Assembly (NCBI GenBank): GCA_963774075.1 | Contig: CAVZDP010000005.1 | Span: 528,608 to 592,607, forward strand | DNA length: 64,000 nucleotides | From: an uncultured Solirubrobacterales bacterium | Lineage (GTDB): Bacteria; Actinomycetota; Thermoleophilia; Solirubrobacterales; JBBDJG01 | Reading direction: 5' to 3' | Part shown: in pieces, positions 9,514 through 18,511 of the stretch | How positions within the stretch are numbered: the first letter of the stretch is position 1 | Layout of the letters: each line of letters opens with the position of its first letter | Translations under genes and position numbers: made by a program | Notes under the pieces: generated by a model | Database searches by the model: none | Told to the model about the DNA's origin: nothing | The model's input: the letters and a program-made list of their open reading frames with translations, nothing else

Positions 9514-9805
9514 CCCGATCGAGCAGCTCCGCGATGCGCTCGCGGCGTCGAAGCGCGAGGGCGTCGAGTTCGCCCTCGCGTGGGAAGGCGCTCTCGGCGA
9601 GATCGACTGGGCCGGCAGTTCGGGGCGCAACCGCGCGGAAGCTGAGGACGCGCTCAGGTGGTCGCGAGACTTCTGGCGCAACGCTTACGAGGACACGAGC
9701 GACGGCGTGCGGGCGAAGCTCGACGCGCTGTTCCTGCCGAGCGACCACTACGAGGCGAACGGGATCAACCGTGAGCCCATGGGCGCTCGGGGAGTAGGGA
9801 TTTAG
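9500..9805 (+). CDS. hypothetical protein (last gene of the island)
   Basis: 101-aa ORF overlapping the connector gene end. No motif recognised. Confidence 0.4.
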   Translation: MQPSDPIEQLRDALAASKREGVEFALAWEGALGEIDWAGSSGRNRAEAEDALRWSRDFWRNAYEDTSDGVRAKLDALFLPSDHYEANGINREPMGARGVGI

Positions 9806-10031
9806 CCTGGGCGGCACTTGCCGCTCATGGGCGGGCTGATCCTCGACAGCCCGCGACGGGGGAGCTGGCAGCACGGCGTGGCGTGCGGCTTCGCCAGAGC
9901 GCCGTCCCCTACGGCACCGTTGGAGCGCGGGTCGGGTTTTCGTAGCCTCCTACCGGCCCGCGCTGTGCCCCGCGCGATTGGTACCCAATTGGTACCCGCG
10001 TGTCGGAGCATCACTCTCCACGCCCAATAGG

Positions 10032-10056
10032 AAAGCCCGCCGCAGCGGGCTTTCCT
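10032..10056. terminator. GC-rich hairpin (AAAGCCCGC-cgca-GCGGGCTTT), bidirectional terminator-like
   Basis: Perfect 9-bp stem with a 4-nt loop, followed by TTTCCTT. It sits between the island and the tRNA-Met 3' end. Confidence 0.45.
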
Positions 10057-10061
10057 TGAAG

Positions 10062-10135
<74 letters not shown>

Positions 10136-10224
10136 CCGTGGACTGAAGATTATAGACAGCTAGCTTGGCGATTCCGGGCGAAGCGCGCCCTGAATTCGAA
10201 GCTTGCAGCTAGGCTGAGCGGCCC

Positions 10225-10824
10225 ATGAATGAGATCCTTCCTGGCCTGCATCAATACACCGCTTTCCACGAGAGGATCGGGTTCGACGTCAGCTCGTACT
10301 TCGTCGCCGAGCCCCGTACCCTCATCGACCCGATGCTGCCGGCGGAGGGGCTCGAATGGTTTCGCGGCGAGCGCGAGCCTCGGCTCATCGTCCTCACCAA
10401 CCGCCACCACTATCGAAAGACCGCCGCCTTCACCGAGGCCTTCGCTTGCCCGGTGCTCTGCCACGAGTCGGGCCTGCACGAGTTCGAGGGCGGTCCTGAG
10501 GTGAAGGGCTTCGCGTTCGGGGACCAGCTCGCGCCCGGCATCGTCGCGCACGAGATGGATGCGATCTGCCCGGAGGACACGGCGCTCCACATCACGGCTG
10601 GCGGCAGCGCGCTCGCCTTCGCCGACGCCCTGGTCCACTGGGGCGAAGGGCGAATCGGCTTCGTCCCCGACAACTTCATGGACGATCCGCCGAACGTCAA
10701 GGAGGGGGTTCGCGCCTCGGCGCGCCGTCTGACCAAGCTCGACTTCGACACGCTCCTCTTCGCGCACGGCGAGCCGATCGTCGGCGAGGGCAAGCAGGCG
10801 CTGCAGCGCTTCCTCGAGCAGTAG
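10225..10824 (+). CDS. MBL-fold-like protein with degenerate metal motif
   Basis: 199 aa. IVLTNRHHYR sits where the HxHxDH motif would be, and there is a late LLFAHGEPI. The assignment is tentative. Confidence 0.5.
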   Translation: MNEILPGLHQYTAFHERIGFDVSSYFVAEPRTLIDPMLPAEGLEWFRGEREPRLIVLTNRHHYRKTAAFTEAFACPVLCHESGLHEFEGGPEVKGFAFGDQLAPGIVAHEMDAICPEDTALHITAGGSALAFADALVHWGEGRIGFVPDNFMDDPPNVKEGVRASARRLTKLDFDTLLFAHGEPIVGEGKQALQRFLEQ

Positions 10825-10848
10825 CCGGCGCGCGGTTAAGCTTTCGCA

Positions 10849-11415
10849 ATGGGAAAGGTCTACGACGAGATCGACGAGCACCTGCGCGGCTGGATCGCCG
10901 AACAGGCGCTCTTTTTCGTCGGCACCGCTCCTCGGGACGGCGACCACGTGAACGTCTCGCCGAAGGGCCCGATCGACTCGCTGCGCGTCCTGGGCCCGCG
11001 CGAGATCGCCTACCTCGACGTGATCGGAAGCGGAGCCGAGACGATCGCCCATCTGCGCGAGAACGGGCGCATCGTGGTGATGCTCTGTGCCTTCGAGGGG
11101 CCGCCGCGCATCCTGCGCCTGCACGGGCGCGGGGAGATCGTCGCAGCGGAGGACCCCCGCTTCGACGAGCTGCTCGAGCGCTGCGCGTTCGAAGAGCCCA
11201 AGGTGCCGGAGTCGCGGCGTTCCATCATCCTCATCGAGATCACCCGGGTCGCCGACTCCTGCGGCTACGGCGTGCCGCTGATGAGCTTCGAGGGACATCG
11301 CCAGCACGCCGACGCATGGGCCGAGAAGAAGCTGCGCGTCGGTGGACCGGAGGCGTTCGTCGAGTACCAGCGCGACAAGAATTCCGAAAGTCTCGACGGG
11401 CTGCCCGCTCTCTAG
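10849..11415 (+). CDS. pyridoxamine 5'-phosphate oxidase family (FMN-binding split barrel) protein
   Basis: WIAEQALFFVGTAPRDGDHVNVSPKG and RIVVMLCAFEGPPRILRLHGRGEI are typical of PNPOx-like proteins. Confidence 0.7.
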   Translation: MGKVYDEIDEHLRGWIAEQALFFVGTAPRDGDHVNVSPKGPIDSLRVLGPREIAYLDVIGSGAETIAHLRENGRIVVMLCAFEGPPRILRLHGRGEIVAAEDPRFDELLERCAFEEPKVPESRRSIILIEITRVADSCGYGVPLMSFEGHRQHADAWAEKKLRVGGPEAFVEYQRDKNSESLDGLPAL

Positions 11416-11452
11416 CGGTCTGTCTCGGGCCACTGGGGTGTAGGGTCGGACC

Positions 11453-12469
11453 ATGAGGGTCGCGGCGATCCAGATGCAGGCCGGGCTCGGGGAGGTCGAC
11501 CTCAACCTGGAGCGGGCGGAGCAGCTCGCCGAGGATGCCGCGGCAAAGGGCGCCGACTGGGTCGTCTTGCCGGAGTTCTTCACCACCGCGATGGCCTTCG
11601 ACGAGCGCATGCTCGGAACGGCCCGGCCGGTCGACGGTGAGCCCTCGCGCCTGCTGCTCGACCTCGCCGCGCGCCACGGCATCACGATCGGAGGCTCATT
11701 CCTCGCCATCCATCCGGACGGCGCCGTTCGCAACACGTTCGTGCTCGCCGGCCCCGACGGAGTACTCGGCATGCACGACAAGGATCTGCCGACGATGTGG
11801 GAGAACTGCTACTACGAGCAGGGCGCCGACGACGGCGTCATCTCCACTCCCGAAGGACGCGTCGGCGCCGCCCTCTGTTGGGAGCTGATCCGCTCGCAGA
11901 CCGCGCGTCGCCTGCGCGACCGAGTGCGGATGGTCGTCGGCGGGTCGTGCTGGTGGGACGTGGCCGAGAACCTTCCCGGGCGAGCGCTCTGGCGGGCCGT
12001 CCAGCGCCAGAACCTTCGCCTCTGCCGGCGCACGGTGCCCACGCTTGCCCGGCTCCTTGGCGTGCCGGTGGTGCACGCCAATTGGTGCGGGCAGACCGAT
12101 GGGCGCTGGATGCTCGGCAGCCGCTACCTGACCCGCTACGTACAGGAGGCGAGCATCGTGGACGCGTCCGGGCAACTGCTGGCGAGCCGCCGCTTCGGCG
12201 ACGGGCCGGGCGTCATCACGGCCGAGGTCGAGCTCGCCGAACCATCGCCCTCACAGGAGATCCCGAGCTCGTTCTGGATCCACCCGGAGAACCGCCAGCC
12301 ACACTGGCGCCTGCTGTGGTGGGCGCAGAACGCACACGGCCGCCGCTATCGCATACGGACGGGCGCGGCCCGGGTCGAGCAGCCGAGCTTCCGGGCGAGC
12401 ATGTCAGCGTCGACGAACGGCGCCAGCTCACATCCGGTCGCCACCGTCTCTGCGGAGCGAGAGGACTAG
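11453..12469 (+). CDS. carbon-nitrogen hydrolase (nitrilase superfamily)
   Basis: MRVAAIQMQ start, catalytic Glu context VVLPEFF and Cys context GAALCWEL. Confidence 0.8.
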   Translation: MRVAAIQMQAGLGEVDLNLERAEQLAEDAAAKGADWVVLPEFFTTAMAFDERMLGTARPVDGEPSRLLLDLAARHGITIGGSFLAIHPDGAVRNTFVLAGPDGVLGMHDKDLPTMWENCYYEQGADDGVISTPEGRVGAALCWELIRSQTARRLRDRVRMVVGGSCWWDVAENLPGRALWRAVQRQNLRLCRRTVPTLARLLGVPVVHANWCGQTDGRWMLGSRYLTRYVQEASIVDASGQLLASRRFGDGPGVITAEVELAEPSPSQEIPSSFWIHPENRQPHWRLLWWAQNAHGRRYRIRTGAARVEQPSFRASMSASTNGASSHPVATVSAERED

Positions 12470-12930
12470 CGCCCGGGGGCCGGCGGACGCTCGGCCAGGC
12501 CGACCGACTTCTTTTCAGCGGCTTCCTTCAGCGCCTGTACCGACTTGTCGAGCCAGCGGCGGAAATACGGCCGCCCAAACGTCAAGTCGAAGATCCTGTT
12601 GCCGAAGCTCTTCGGATCCATGCCGAACTCGACCTCCAAGAACGTGTTGCCCTGGGCCTCGGTCATGTGCCAGTGGGCATACGTGCCCGTGGCCAGGCAG
12701 CGCATCTTGATCTCGCGGAGGCCCTTGAACTCCTCGACCATGAACTTGGTCGTCTCTCTTCCGATCGGTCCCTCGCTGATCTGCACGTAGGCGTCCCCGA
12801 CTTCGAATCGGGAACCCTGCACCTCGATCACTCGTGGCCACCACAGCGGATGACGCCGGGGGTCGCCGACGAGCTCCCAGATCTCCTCGACCGGGGCCTC
12901 GACCAGCGCTTGTGCCCTGTATTCCGACAT
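12466..12930 (-). CDS. SRPBCC (polyketide cyclase/dehydrase-like) family protein
   Basis: 154 aa. ALVEAPVEEIWELVGDPRRHPLWWPRV is a typical SRPBCC N-terminus. Confidence 0.7.
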   Translation of the reverse strand: MSEYRAQALVEAPVEEIWELVGDPRRHPLWWPRVIEVQGSRFEVGDAYVQISEGPIGRETTKFMVEEFKGLREIKMRCLATGTYAHWHMTEAQGNTFLEVEFGMDPKSFGNRIFDLTFGRPYFRRWLDKSVQALKEAAEKKSVGLAERPPAPGR

Positions 12931-12976
12931 CGCGTGCGGCCCGAAACCTTAGAGCCTCTAGGCGCCGCCGCCCGAT

Positions 12977-15900
12977 TCAGCGGCCACGCCGGCCGAAGCT
13001 GTGGGGAACCGGCAGCACGGCGCGTAGATCCCCGCCGGCCGCGGCCGCGAGCTGTTCCTCCCCGCCGGTGCCCGCGGTCTCCTCGATCGCCTCCCGGCCC
13101 GTCTCCCGGCCGACCGGCGGCTCGATGTGCTTGACCTCGGCGCGCGGCAGGTCCAGGCGTTCCAGCGGCCGAAGCGACTGCACGACGACGTTGATCACTC
13201 CAGCGCGCTTCTCGAGCCGGCCTTCGACGATCACGAACGGCTCCGCTCGCACAGTGAGGCGATGGCGCTCGTAGACCTGCGGCATGACGACCAGGTTGAT
13301 CGTGCCGAGCTCGTCCTCGAGCAGCATGAACGTGATCCCGTTCGCCGTGGCAGGGCGCTGGCGCGCGACGACGAGGCCGGCGATGGTGATGCTCTGCCCA
13401 TCCGGCAGGCGCTCGAGGTCCTCGCTCGTGACCGCTCGCTCCGGGAGGTCGGGGCGCAGGAGCTCCAGCGGGTGCTGATCGATGCTGATCCGAAACGAGC
13501 CGTAGTCGGCCACGAGCCGCTCCCACGGCGTTTGCTCGCGCAACGCCGGCGGCTCCGGCGCCTCGAGCGGCAGCGAGAGCTGAACGCCGCCGGGGACCGC
13601 CCGCCCCGGCGTGACGACCCCGAGCTGCCACAGCACCTCACGCCGCGGCAACCCCTCACAAGCCCCCGACCAAGCAAGCCGCTCGAGCGTGTCACGCCCA
13701 ACCCCCGACCGCGCAGCCAAATCCCCCGCATCGAAATAACCCCCACCCCTCTCCCTTTCCTCGACGAGCCACCGGACCTCCTCCTCCCGAACGCCGAGGA
13801 CGTACCCGAGCCCGACCCGAACCGCAAGAGAAGTGGAATCGTCATCAGCAACGCGTCTGGCACGGGTGGCGCGCAGGGTGGCTTTTCGGCGAGGGCCCGC
13901 AGCCGAAAGGTCACTCAAGCCGACAGGACCCGTGCCGCTGGCGTTCCCATCCTGAGGCCGTTCAACCCGACACTCAACAAAGCTCCGGTTCACGTCGGGC
14001 GCCAGGACAGTCATCCCGCGAAGCTGCGCCTCGTGCACGAGCGAGTCCGGTGGATAGAACCCCATCGGCTGCTCGTTCAACAACGCACACAGAAACTCCG
14101 GCCCGTAGTGAACTCGCAGCCACGTCGACTGGTACGCGAGCAAACCGAACGCGGCGGCATGCGCCTTCGGAAAGCCGAAGCCCGAGAAGCCGCGCACCTG
14201 CTCGAAGACGCTCTCGGCCACGGCGTGGTCGACCCCACGCTCGACGGCGCCTTCGACGAAGCGCTGCTGGTAGACGGCCATCGCCGCGTCCGAGCGCTTG
14301 CGGCTCATCGCGCGGCGAAGTCCCTCCGCCTCGCCGGCGCCGAAGCCGGCGAGCGCCATCGCCACCTCCAGCACCTGGTCCTGGAACACGATCACGCCTA
14401 GCGTCTCTTCCAGGACGGGCTCGAGCGAGGGATGCGCGTAGGGAACCTTGAAGCTCGGGTCCACTCTGCGCTTCTCGCGCCTGTCTATATAAGGATGGAC
14501 GGCGCCGCCCTGGATCGGTCCCGGGCGAACGAGCGCGACCTGCACCGTGAGATCGTCGAGGCTCGCGGGCTTGGTGCGGCGGATGCTCTGCATCTGCGCG
14601 CGGCTCTCGATCTGGAACACGCCCGTCGTCTCGGCGCGCTGGATCACGCGATACACCTCCGCGTCGTCGTACGGGACGCGCGAGAGATCGATCCGCTCGC
14701 CGCGCACGCGCGCCACCTCGTCGATGCAGCGCTCGACCGCGGAGAGCATCCCGAGCCCCAGCAGGTCGATCTTCAAAAAGCCGGCGTCCGCGCAGGAGTC
14801 CTTGTCCCACTGCACGAGGTTGCGGCCCTCCATCGCCGAGGGTTGCACGGGGCAAAGGTCGATCAAGGGCTCGGTTGCGATCACCATCCCGCCCGGGTGC
14901 TGGGAGACGTGGCGCGGCAATCCGTACGCCTCGGGAGCGAGCTCGATCAACGCCCGCCAGCGCGGCGAGCGAGCGCGCCGCGAGCCGATCACCTCCTCCA
15001 CCCCGCGCGCGAACCCGTCGGCGTCGCCGTACACGTCCGTGGCCCGCGCAAGCCGCTCGATCTCGCCCGCCGGCAGCCCGAGCGCCTTGCCGAGGTCGCG
15101 CACCGCGCCCTTCCAGCGATAGGTCGCGAACGCGCCGACGAGCGCCGCGCGCTCGGCCCCATAGCGCTCGTGCACGCGCGGGATCAGCTTCTCGCGAATG
15201 TCGCGCGGGAAGTCGAGGTCGATGTCGGGCAGCGCGCTGATCTCCTCGTTCAGGAACCGGCCGAGAAAGAGGCGGTTGCGGATCGGGTCGATGTGCGAGA
15301 GCCCGGTCAGATAACAGACGATCGAGCTGACGCTCGAGCCGCGCCCGCGCCCAGGCGGGAGCAGCGTGCGCGCGGAGTCGCGCCCGCGCACCTCGGCTGC
15401 AACCTCACGCGCAAGCTCCAGCATGTCGTGGTGAAGGAGGAAGAAGCCCGAGAGCCCGAGCGTGCGGATCACGCGCAGCTCCTCGTCCAGGCGCGCGCCT
15501 GCCTCGGCGCGCTCGGCGGCCCGGTAGCGCCCGTCCAGGCGCCCACGGCAGAGCTTCGCCAGCTTCTCGTCGGCCAGCGGGTCCTCGGAGCCGGGATAGC
15601 GGTAGCCGAGGTCGCGGGTGAGGTCGAACTCGATTCGCTCGGCGAGCCGGGCAGTCTCCGCCACTGCGTCGGGGCGGTCGTGAAAGCGCTCGGCCATCTC
15701 GGCCGGCGCCGCCATCACCGAGCTGCGGTTGCCGCGCCGCTCAGGCTCGGTCTGATCGAGCGTCAAGAGCAGGCGAGCGGCGACGAACGCGTCCTGCAGG
15801 CGGGCGCGGTCGGGGTGGTGGGAGTGGACGTTGCCAGTCGCCACGCACGCAACGCCGACCTGCTCGGCTAGCGAGCAGAGCGCGCGGTTTCGCGCCCGGT

Positions 15901-16444
15901 CGCGCCTCCAGCAGGGGCGCTGGAGCTCGACGCGGAAGCGGTCGCGGCCGAAAGCGGCGAGCAGGCGGCGGGCGATCCGCTCGGCCTCGCGCGCCTTTCC
16001 CCTCTCCACCGCTCCTGCGACCGCGCCGTCGCGCGCGCACCCGGACAGGCAGAGGAGGCCTTCGGCGTGGCGCTCGAGCTGGTCGATCGTCGTGCGCGGC
16101 GGCCGCCGCGCGGTGGCGCCGCTTCGCGAATAGTCGCGGGTGCCCTCGTGCGCGAGCGTGAGTAGGCGGCAGAGGTTCCTGTAGCCGTGGCGATCTTGAA
16201 CGAGCAGGGTGAGGTGAGCGGGCTCCGTCCTTTCCACGACCGTCAACTCGGCGCCCGTGATTGCCTTCACGCCGAGCCCCTTGCAGGCGTGCGCGAACTC
16301 CATCGCGCCCCAGATCCCGTCGTGGTCGGTGAGCGCGATCGCCTCGTAGCCGTGCACGGCCGCCGCTGCAGCCATCTCCTGCGGAGTGGAGGCGCCGTCC
16401 AGGAACGAGTAGGCCGAGTGGGCGTGCAGCTCGACGTACGCCAT
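12977..16444 (-). CDS. dnaE2: error-prone DNA polymerase III alpha subunit (DnaE2/ImuC)
   Basis: PHP-domain start MAYVELHAHSAYSFLDGAS and a Pol III alpha core (GRGSSVSSIVCYLTGLS, PDIDLDF, HPGGMVI, GLLKIDLLGLGMLS). It lies downstream of imuB. The track ORF begins 39 codons earlier, but the ATG at 16442-16444 couples to the upstream stop. Confidence 0.9.
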   Translation of the reverse strand: MAYVELHAHSAYSFLDGASTPQEMAAAAAVHGYEAIALTDHDGIWGAMEFAHACKGLGVKAITGAELTVVERTEPAHLTLLVQDRHGYRNLCRLLTLAHEGTRDYSRSGATARRPPRTTIDQLERHAEGLLCLSGCARDGAVAGAVERGKAREAERIARRLLAAFGRDRFRVELQRPCWRRDRARNRALCSLAEQVGVACVATGNVHSHHPDRARLQDAFVAARLLLTLDQTEPERRGNRSSVMAAPAEMAERFHDRPDAVAETARLAERIEFDLTRDLGYRYPGSEDPLADEKLAKLCRGRLDGRYRAAERAEAGARLDEELRVIRTLGLSGFFLLHHDMLELAREVAAEVRGRDSARTLLPPGRGRGSSVSSIVCYLTGLSHIDPIRNRLFLGRFLNEEISALPDIDLDFPRDIREKLIPRVHERYGAERAALVGAFATYRWKGAVRDLGKALGLPAGEIERLARATDVYGDADGFARGVEEVIGSRRARSPRWRALIELAPEAYGLPRHVSQHPGGMVIATEPLIDLCPVQPSAMEGRNLVQWDKDSCADAGFLKIDLLGLGMLSAVERCIDEVARVRGERIDLSRVPYDDAEVYRVIQRAETTGVFQIESRAQMQSIRRTKPASLDDLTVQVALVRPGPIQGGAVHPYIDRREKRRVDPSFKVPYAHPSLEPVLEETLGVIVFQDQVLEVAMALAGFGAGEAEGLRRAMSRKRSDAAMAVYQQRFVEGAVERGVDHAVAESVFEQVRGFSGFGFPKAHAAAFGLLAYQSTWLRVHYGPEFLCALLNEQPMGFYPPDSLVHEAQLRGMTVLAPDVNRSFVECRVERPQDGNASGTGPVGLSDLSAAGPRRKATLRATRARRVADDDSTSLAVRVGLGYVLGVREEEVRWLVEERERGGGYFDAGDLAARSGVGRDTLERLAWSGACEGLPRREVLWQLGVVTPGRAVPGGVQLSLPLEAPEPPALREQTPWERLVADYGSFRISIDQHPLELLRPDLPERAVTSEDLERLPDGQSITIAGLVVARQRPATANGITFMLLEDELGTINLVVMPQVYERHRLTVRAEPFVIVEGRLEKRAGVINVVVQSLRPLERLDLPRAEVKHIEPPVGRETGREAIEETAGTGGEEQLAAAAGGDLRAVLPVPHSFGRRGR

Positions 16445-16686
16445 CACGCACCCCGCTGCAAGAACCAGCGGCCGCTTGCGAGGTCGCGAAAGACGACGAC
16501 GCTCGCGCCGTCGTCGGTGACGATCTCCATGTAGCGGCGCCGTAGCGGGCGCTCTGTCCACCAGCGGTCCTCGACGAGCCAGTCCTCCCGCACAGCTTCC
16601 ACGCGCTTGTGCGCAACACGGATGGGAGTGTCTTCGCGATCGACCTCGACGGTCGCGGGACGAGGCCGATAGAGAACGCGGCTCAA
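16444..16686 (-). CDS. small conserved-looking protein between imuB and dnaE2
   Basis: 80-aa ORF (VEDRWWTERPLRRRYMEIVTDDGASVVVFRDLASGRWFLQ). Its stop overlaps the dnaE2 ATG (ATGA) and it starts 8 nt after the imuB stop. Confidence 0.55.
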   Translation of the reverse strand: MSRVLYRPRPATVEVDREDTPIRVAHKRVEAVREDWLVEDRWWTERPLRRRYMEIVTDDGASVVVFRDLASGRWFLQRGA

Positions 16687-16693
16687 GCGCGGC

Positions 16694-17947
16694 CTAAGCC
16701 TCGGGGAACGGCGTCAGCAGCGCGCGTCGCTCGGGCACCCGCGAGCCGGGGTCGACCTCGAGCACGCGCAGAAGCGAATCGGCGCCCGCGGCGGCGCGCG
16801 TCTGGCGAAGCGCTTCGACCAGGCGCCTGCGGCGCTCGCTGCCGTCGTGGCCCGAGAAGCGCAGCTGGTCCGCCACCGGAGGCCCGAACGAGATCACGGT
16901 GAGGCTGAGCTGCTCGATCGGAGCGGGCAGCTCACCGAGCTTCGGCGCCAGCGCCAGCCGCAGGAGATCGCGCTCGGCCGTGACCGCGCGCAGCGCGACG
17001 TCGCGGCACCACGTGCCCTGCTCGACGAAGCGCGCGCCCAGCCGCAGCTTGCGAAACGCGCGTCCGCGCCGCTCGGGGCGCGCCAGGAGGCGGTCGATCA
17101 GGAGCAGCAGCATCTGGTCGAGCTGGAAGCCCGACACCGCCTCAGGCAGGTCGATCCGCTCGGCCATCGTCTCGCGCAGCGCCCGGGGGCGAAGCGGGGT
17201 GTCGAGCCCGTGGACGAGCTCGCGCGCGAAGAGGCCGGCGCGGCCGAAGCGATCGGCGACGTCGGCCGCGGGAAGCGCGGCGAGGCCGCCGAGCGTGCGC
17301 ACGCCAAGCCGCTCGAGCGAGGTCGGAATGTCGGTGGCCTTTGAGCTTGCCGGTGGCAAGCGCGAGCGAAGCAGCCCGACTGGGAGCGGCGCAAGGAACG
17401 TGCGCGCCGCGCCGGCGGGGACGATCTTCGCCGCCCGCCCCGCGCGGACCCGGCCGGCCGCGGCGAAGGAGCAGAAGCGACTGGGACCCGCGCCGAGTCG
17501 CGCCGCCGCTTGGTGTCGCGACGTCTGATTTCGCGCCGCCGCCCGTCTCCCCGCCGTCCCGAGCGCCCGCCGCGTGCGCTCGAGCACTCCCTCGAGGTGG
17601 CCGCCGTAGAGGCGCCGCAGCGAACCGGCGTCGAAGTAGGCCTCGCCCGGGCGCCCCGGCTCGACCGCTGCACCGATCTCCTCGAGCGCCGACAGCACCG
17701 ACTCCCACGCGCTCGCCGCGCGATCGGGGTCGGCGGCGAGCAGGCGCAGATCCGGGCAGCGCGAGAGAGCCTCCCCCAGCCGCATGCCGCGGTGAACGCC
17801 CTGCGCTTCCGCGGCCCCCGAGACCTCTCCCACCACCTGCTCGCGATCCGGCTCCGGCGCGAGCCCGAGCGGCGCGAACTCCGCCTGCGCCCCCGCCGCG
17901 GCGACCAGCAGCTCGAAGCGAGGGATCAGCACGCAGACGATGGACAC
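16694..17947 (-). CDS. imuB: ImuB-like Y-family polymerase homolog
   Basis: N-terminus MSIVCVLIPRFELLVAAAG and the Y-family-like fold order, in the imuB position upstream of dnaE2. GTG start. Confidence 0.75.
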   Translation of the reverse strand: MSIVCVLIPRFELLVAAAGAQAEFAPLGLAPEPDREQVVGEVSGAAEAQGVHRGMRLGEALSRCPDLRLLAADPDRAASAWESVLSALEEIGAAVEPGRPGEAYFDAGSLRRLYGGHLEGVLERTRRALGTAGRRAAARNQTSRHQAAARLGAGPSRFCSFAAAGRVRAGRAAKIVPAGAARTFLAPLPVGLLRSRLPPASSKATDIPTSLERLGVRTLGGLAALPAADVADRFGRAGLFARELVHGLDTPLRPRALRETMAERIDLPEAVSGFQLDQMLLLLIDRLLARPERRGRAFRKLRLGARFVEQGTWCRDVALRAVTAERDLLRLALAPKLGELPAPIEQLSLTVISFGPPVADQLRFSGHDGSERRRRLVEALRQTRAAAGADSLLRVLEVDPGSRVPERRALLTPFPEA

Positions 17948-17960
17948 GAACGTATGTTCG
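17947..17960. promoter_or_regulatory. LexA (SOS) box CGAAC-GTAT-GTTCG
   Basis: Perfect inverted repeat matching the Gram-positive/actinobacterial GAAC-N4-GTTC consensus. It abuts the imuB GTG start codon. Confidence 0.65.
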
Positions 17961-18010
17961 CATAGGCTAGAGGTCGGTTCAACCCCGCCCCGTTAAGTTT
18001 CCTGCCAGCC

Positions 18011-18511
18011 GTGATCGTGCGCGTCTCAACCGAGCTCGAGACCTCTCCCGAGCGCGCCTGGGAGGCGGTCAACAAAGCTGAGACGCTCCTCTACATAACG
18101 CGCGGCCTGCTCGGCATCCGCCCGCTCGGCCACGTGCCCGAGCGCTTCGAGCAGGACACCGTCGTGCCGGTGCGCCTCTACTTCTTCCACGTCATCCCGG
18201 CCTGGCGGCACGAGATCCGCTTCGTCCGACACGACGAAGCAGCGCGCGAGATCTACACCCAGGAGCACGGCGGCCCAGTGCGCAACTGGAACCACCTCAT
18301 AAAGATCGAGCCGCTGCTCGCCGGCGGGACCAGCGGCGGACAACCACGCCACCGCTGCCTCTACACCGACGAGATCGAGATCCGCGCCGGACCGCTCACC
18401 GCGCTCGTCTGGCTCTACGCGCACGGCTTCTACCGCTACCGCCAGCGCCGCTGGCGAAAGCTCGCCCGCCGTCTAGAGTCATCTGAGGCGGGGTCTTCGC
18501 CCGGACGCTAG
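18011..18511 (+). CDS. hypothetical protein
   Basis: 166-aa ORF, divergent from imuB. No firm motif. Confidence 0.45.
   Translation: MIVRVSTELETSPERAWEAVNKAETLLYITRGLLGIRPLGHVPERFEQDTVVPVRLYFFHVIPAWRHEIRFVRHDEAAREIYTQEHGGPVRNWNHLIKIEPLLAGGTSGGQPRHRCLYTDEIEIRAGPLTALVWLYAHGFYRYRQRRWRKLARRLESSEAGSSPGR

Larger units (their letters stand above)
1..10061. mobile_element. tail-less HK97-type phage-like island (degraded prophage or capsid-encoding satellite) next to tRNA-Met
   Basis: Contains xis-like HTH, replication ATPase, HNH, TerL, portal, protease-capsid and connector, and then ends at the 3' end of a tRNA. No tail, tape-measure or lysis genes lie in the window. The left border and the integrase, if present, are off the window. 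Confidence 0.55.

Noticed and set aside
10150-11781. 543-aa minus-strand ORF
   Set aside because: It runs antisense across three well-supported plus-strand genes (MBL-like, PNPOx-like, C-N hydrolase). It has an Arg/Ala/Pro-rich composition and no motifs, as expected for a high-GC shadow ORF.
12828-14855. Several 200-450-aa ORFs on both strands inside dnaE2 (for example 13127-14401 and 13974-14855)
   Set aside because: All overlap the dnaE2 frame, which has clear Pol III alpha motifs, and all are Arg/Pro/Ala-rich shadow frames.
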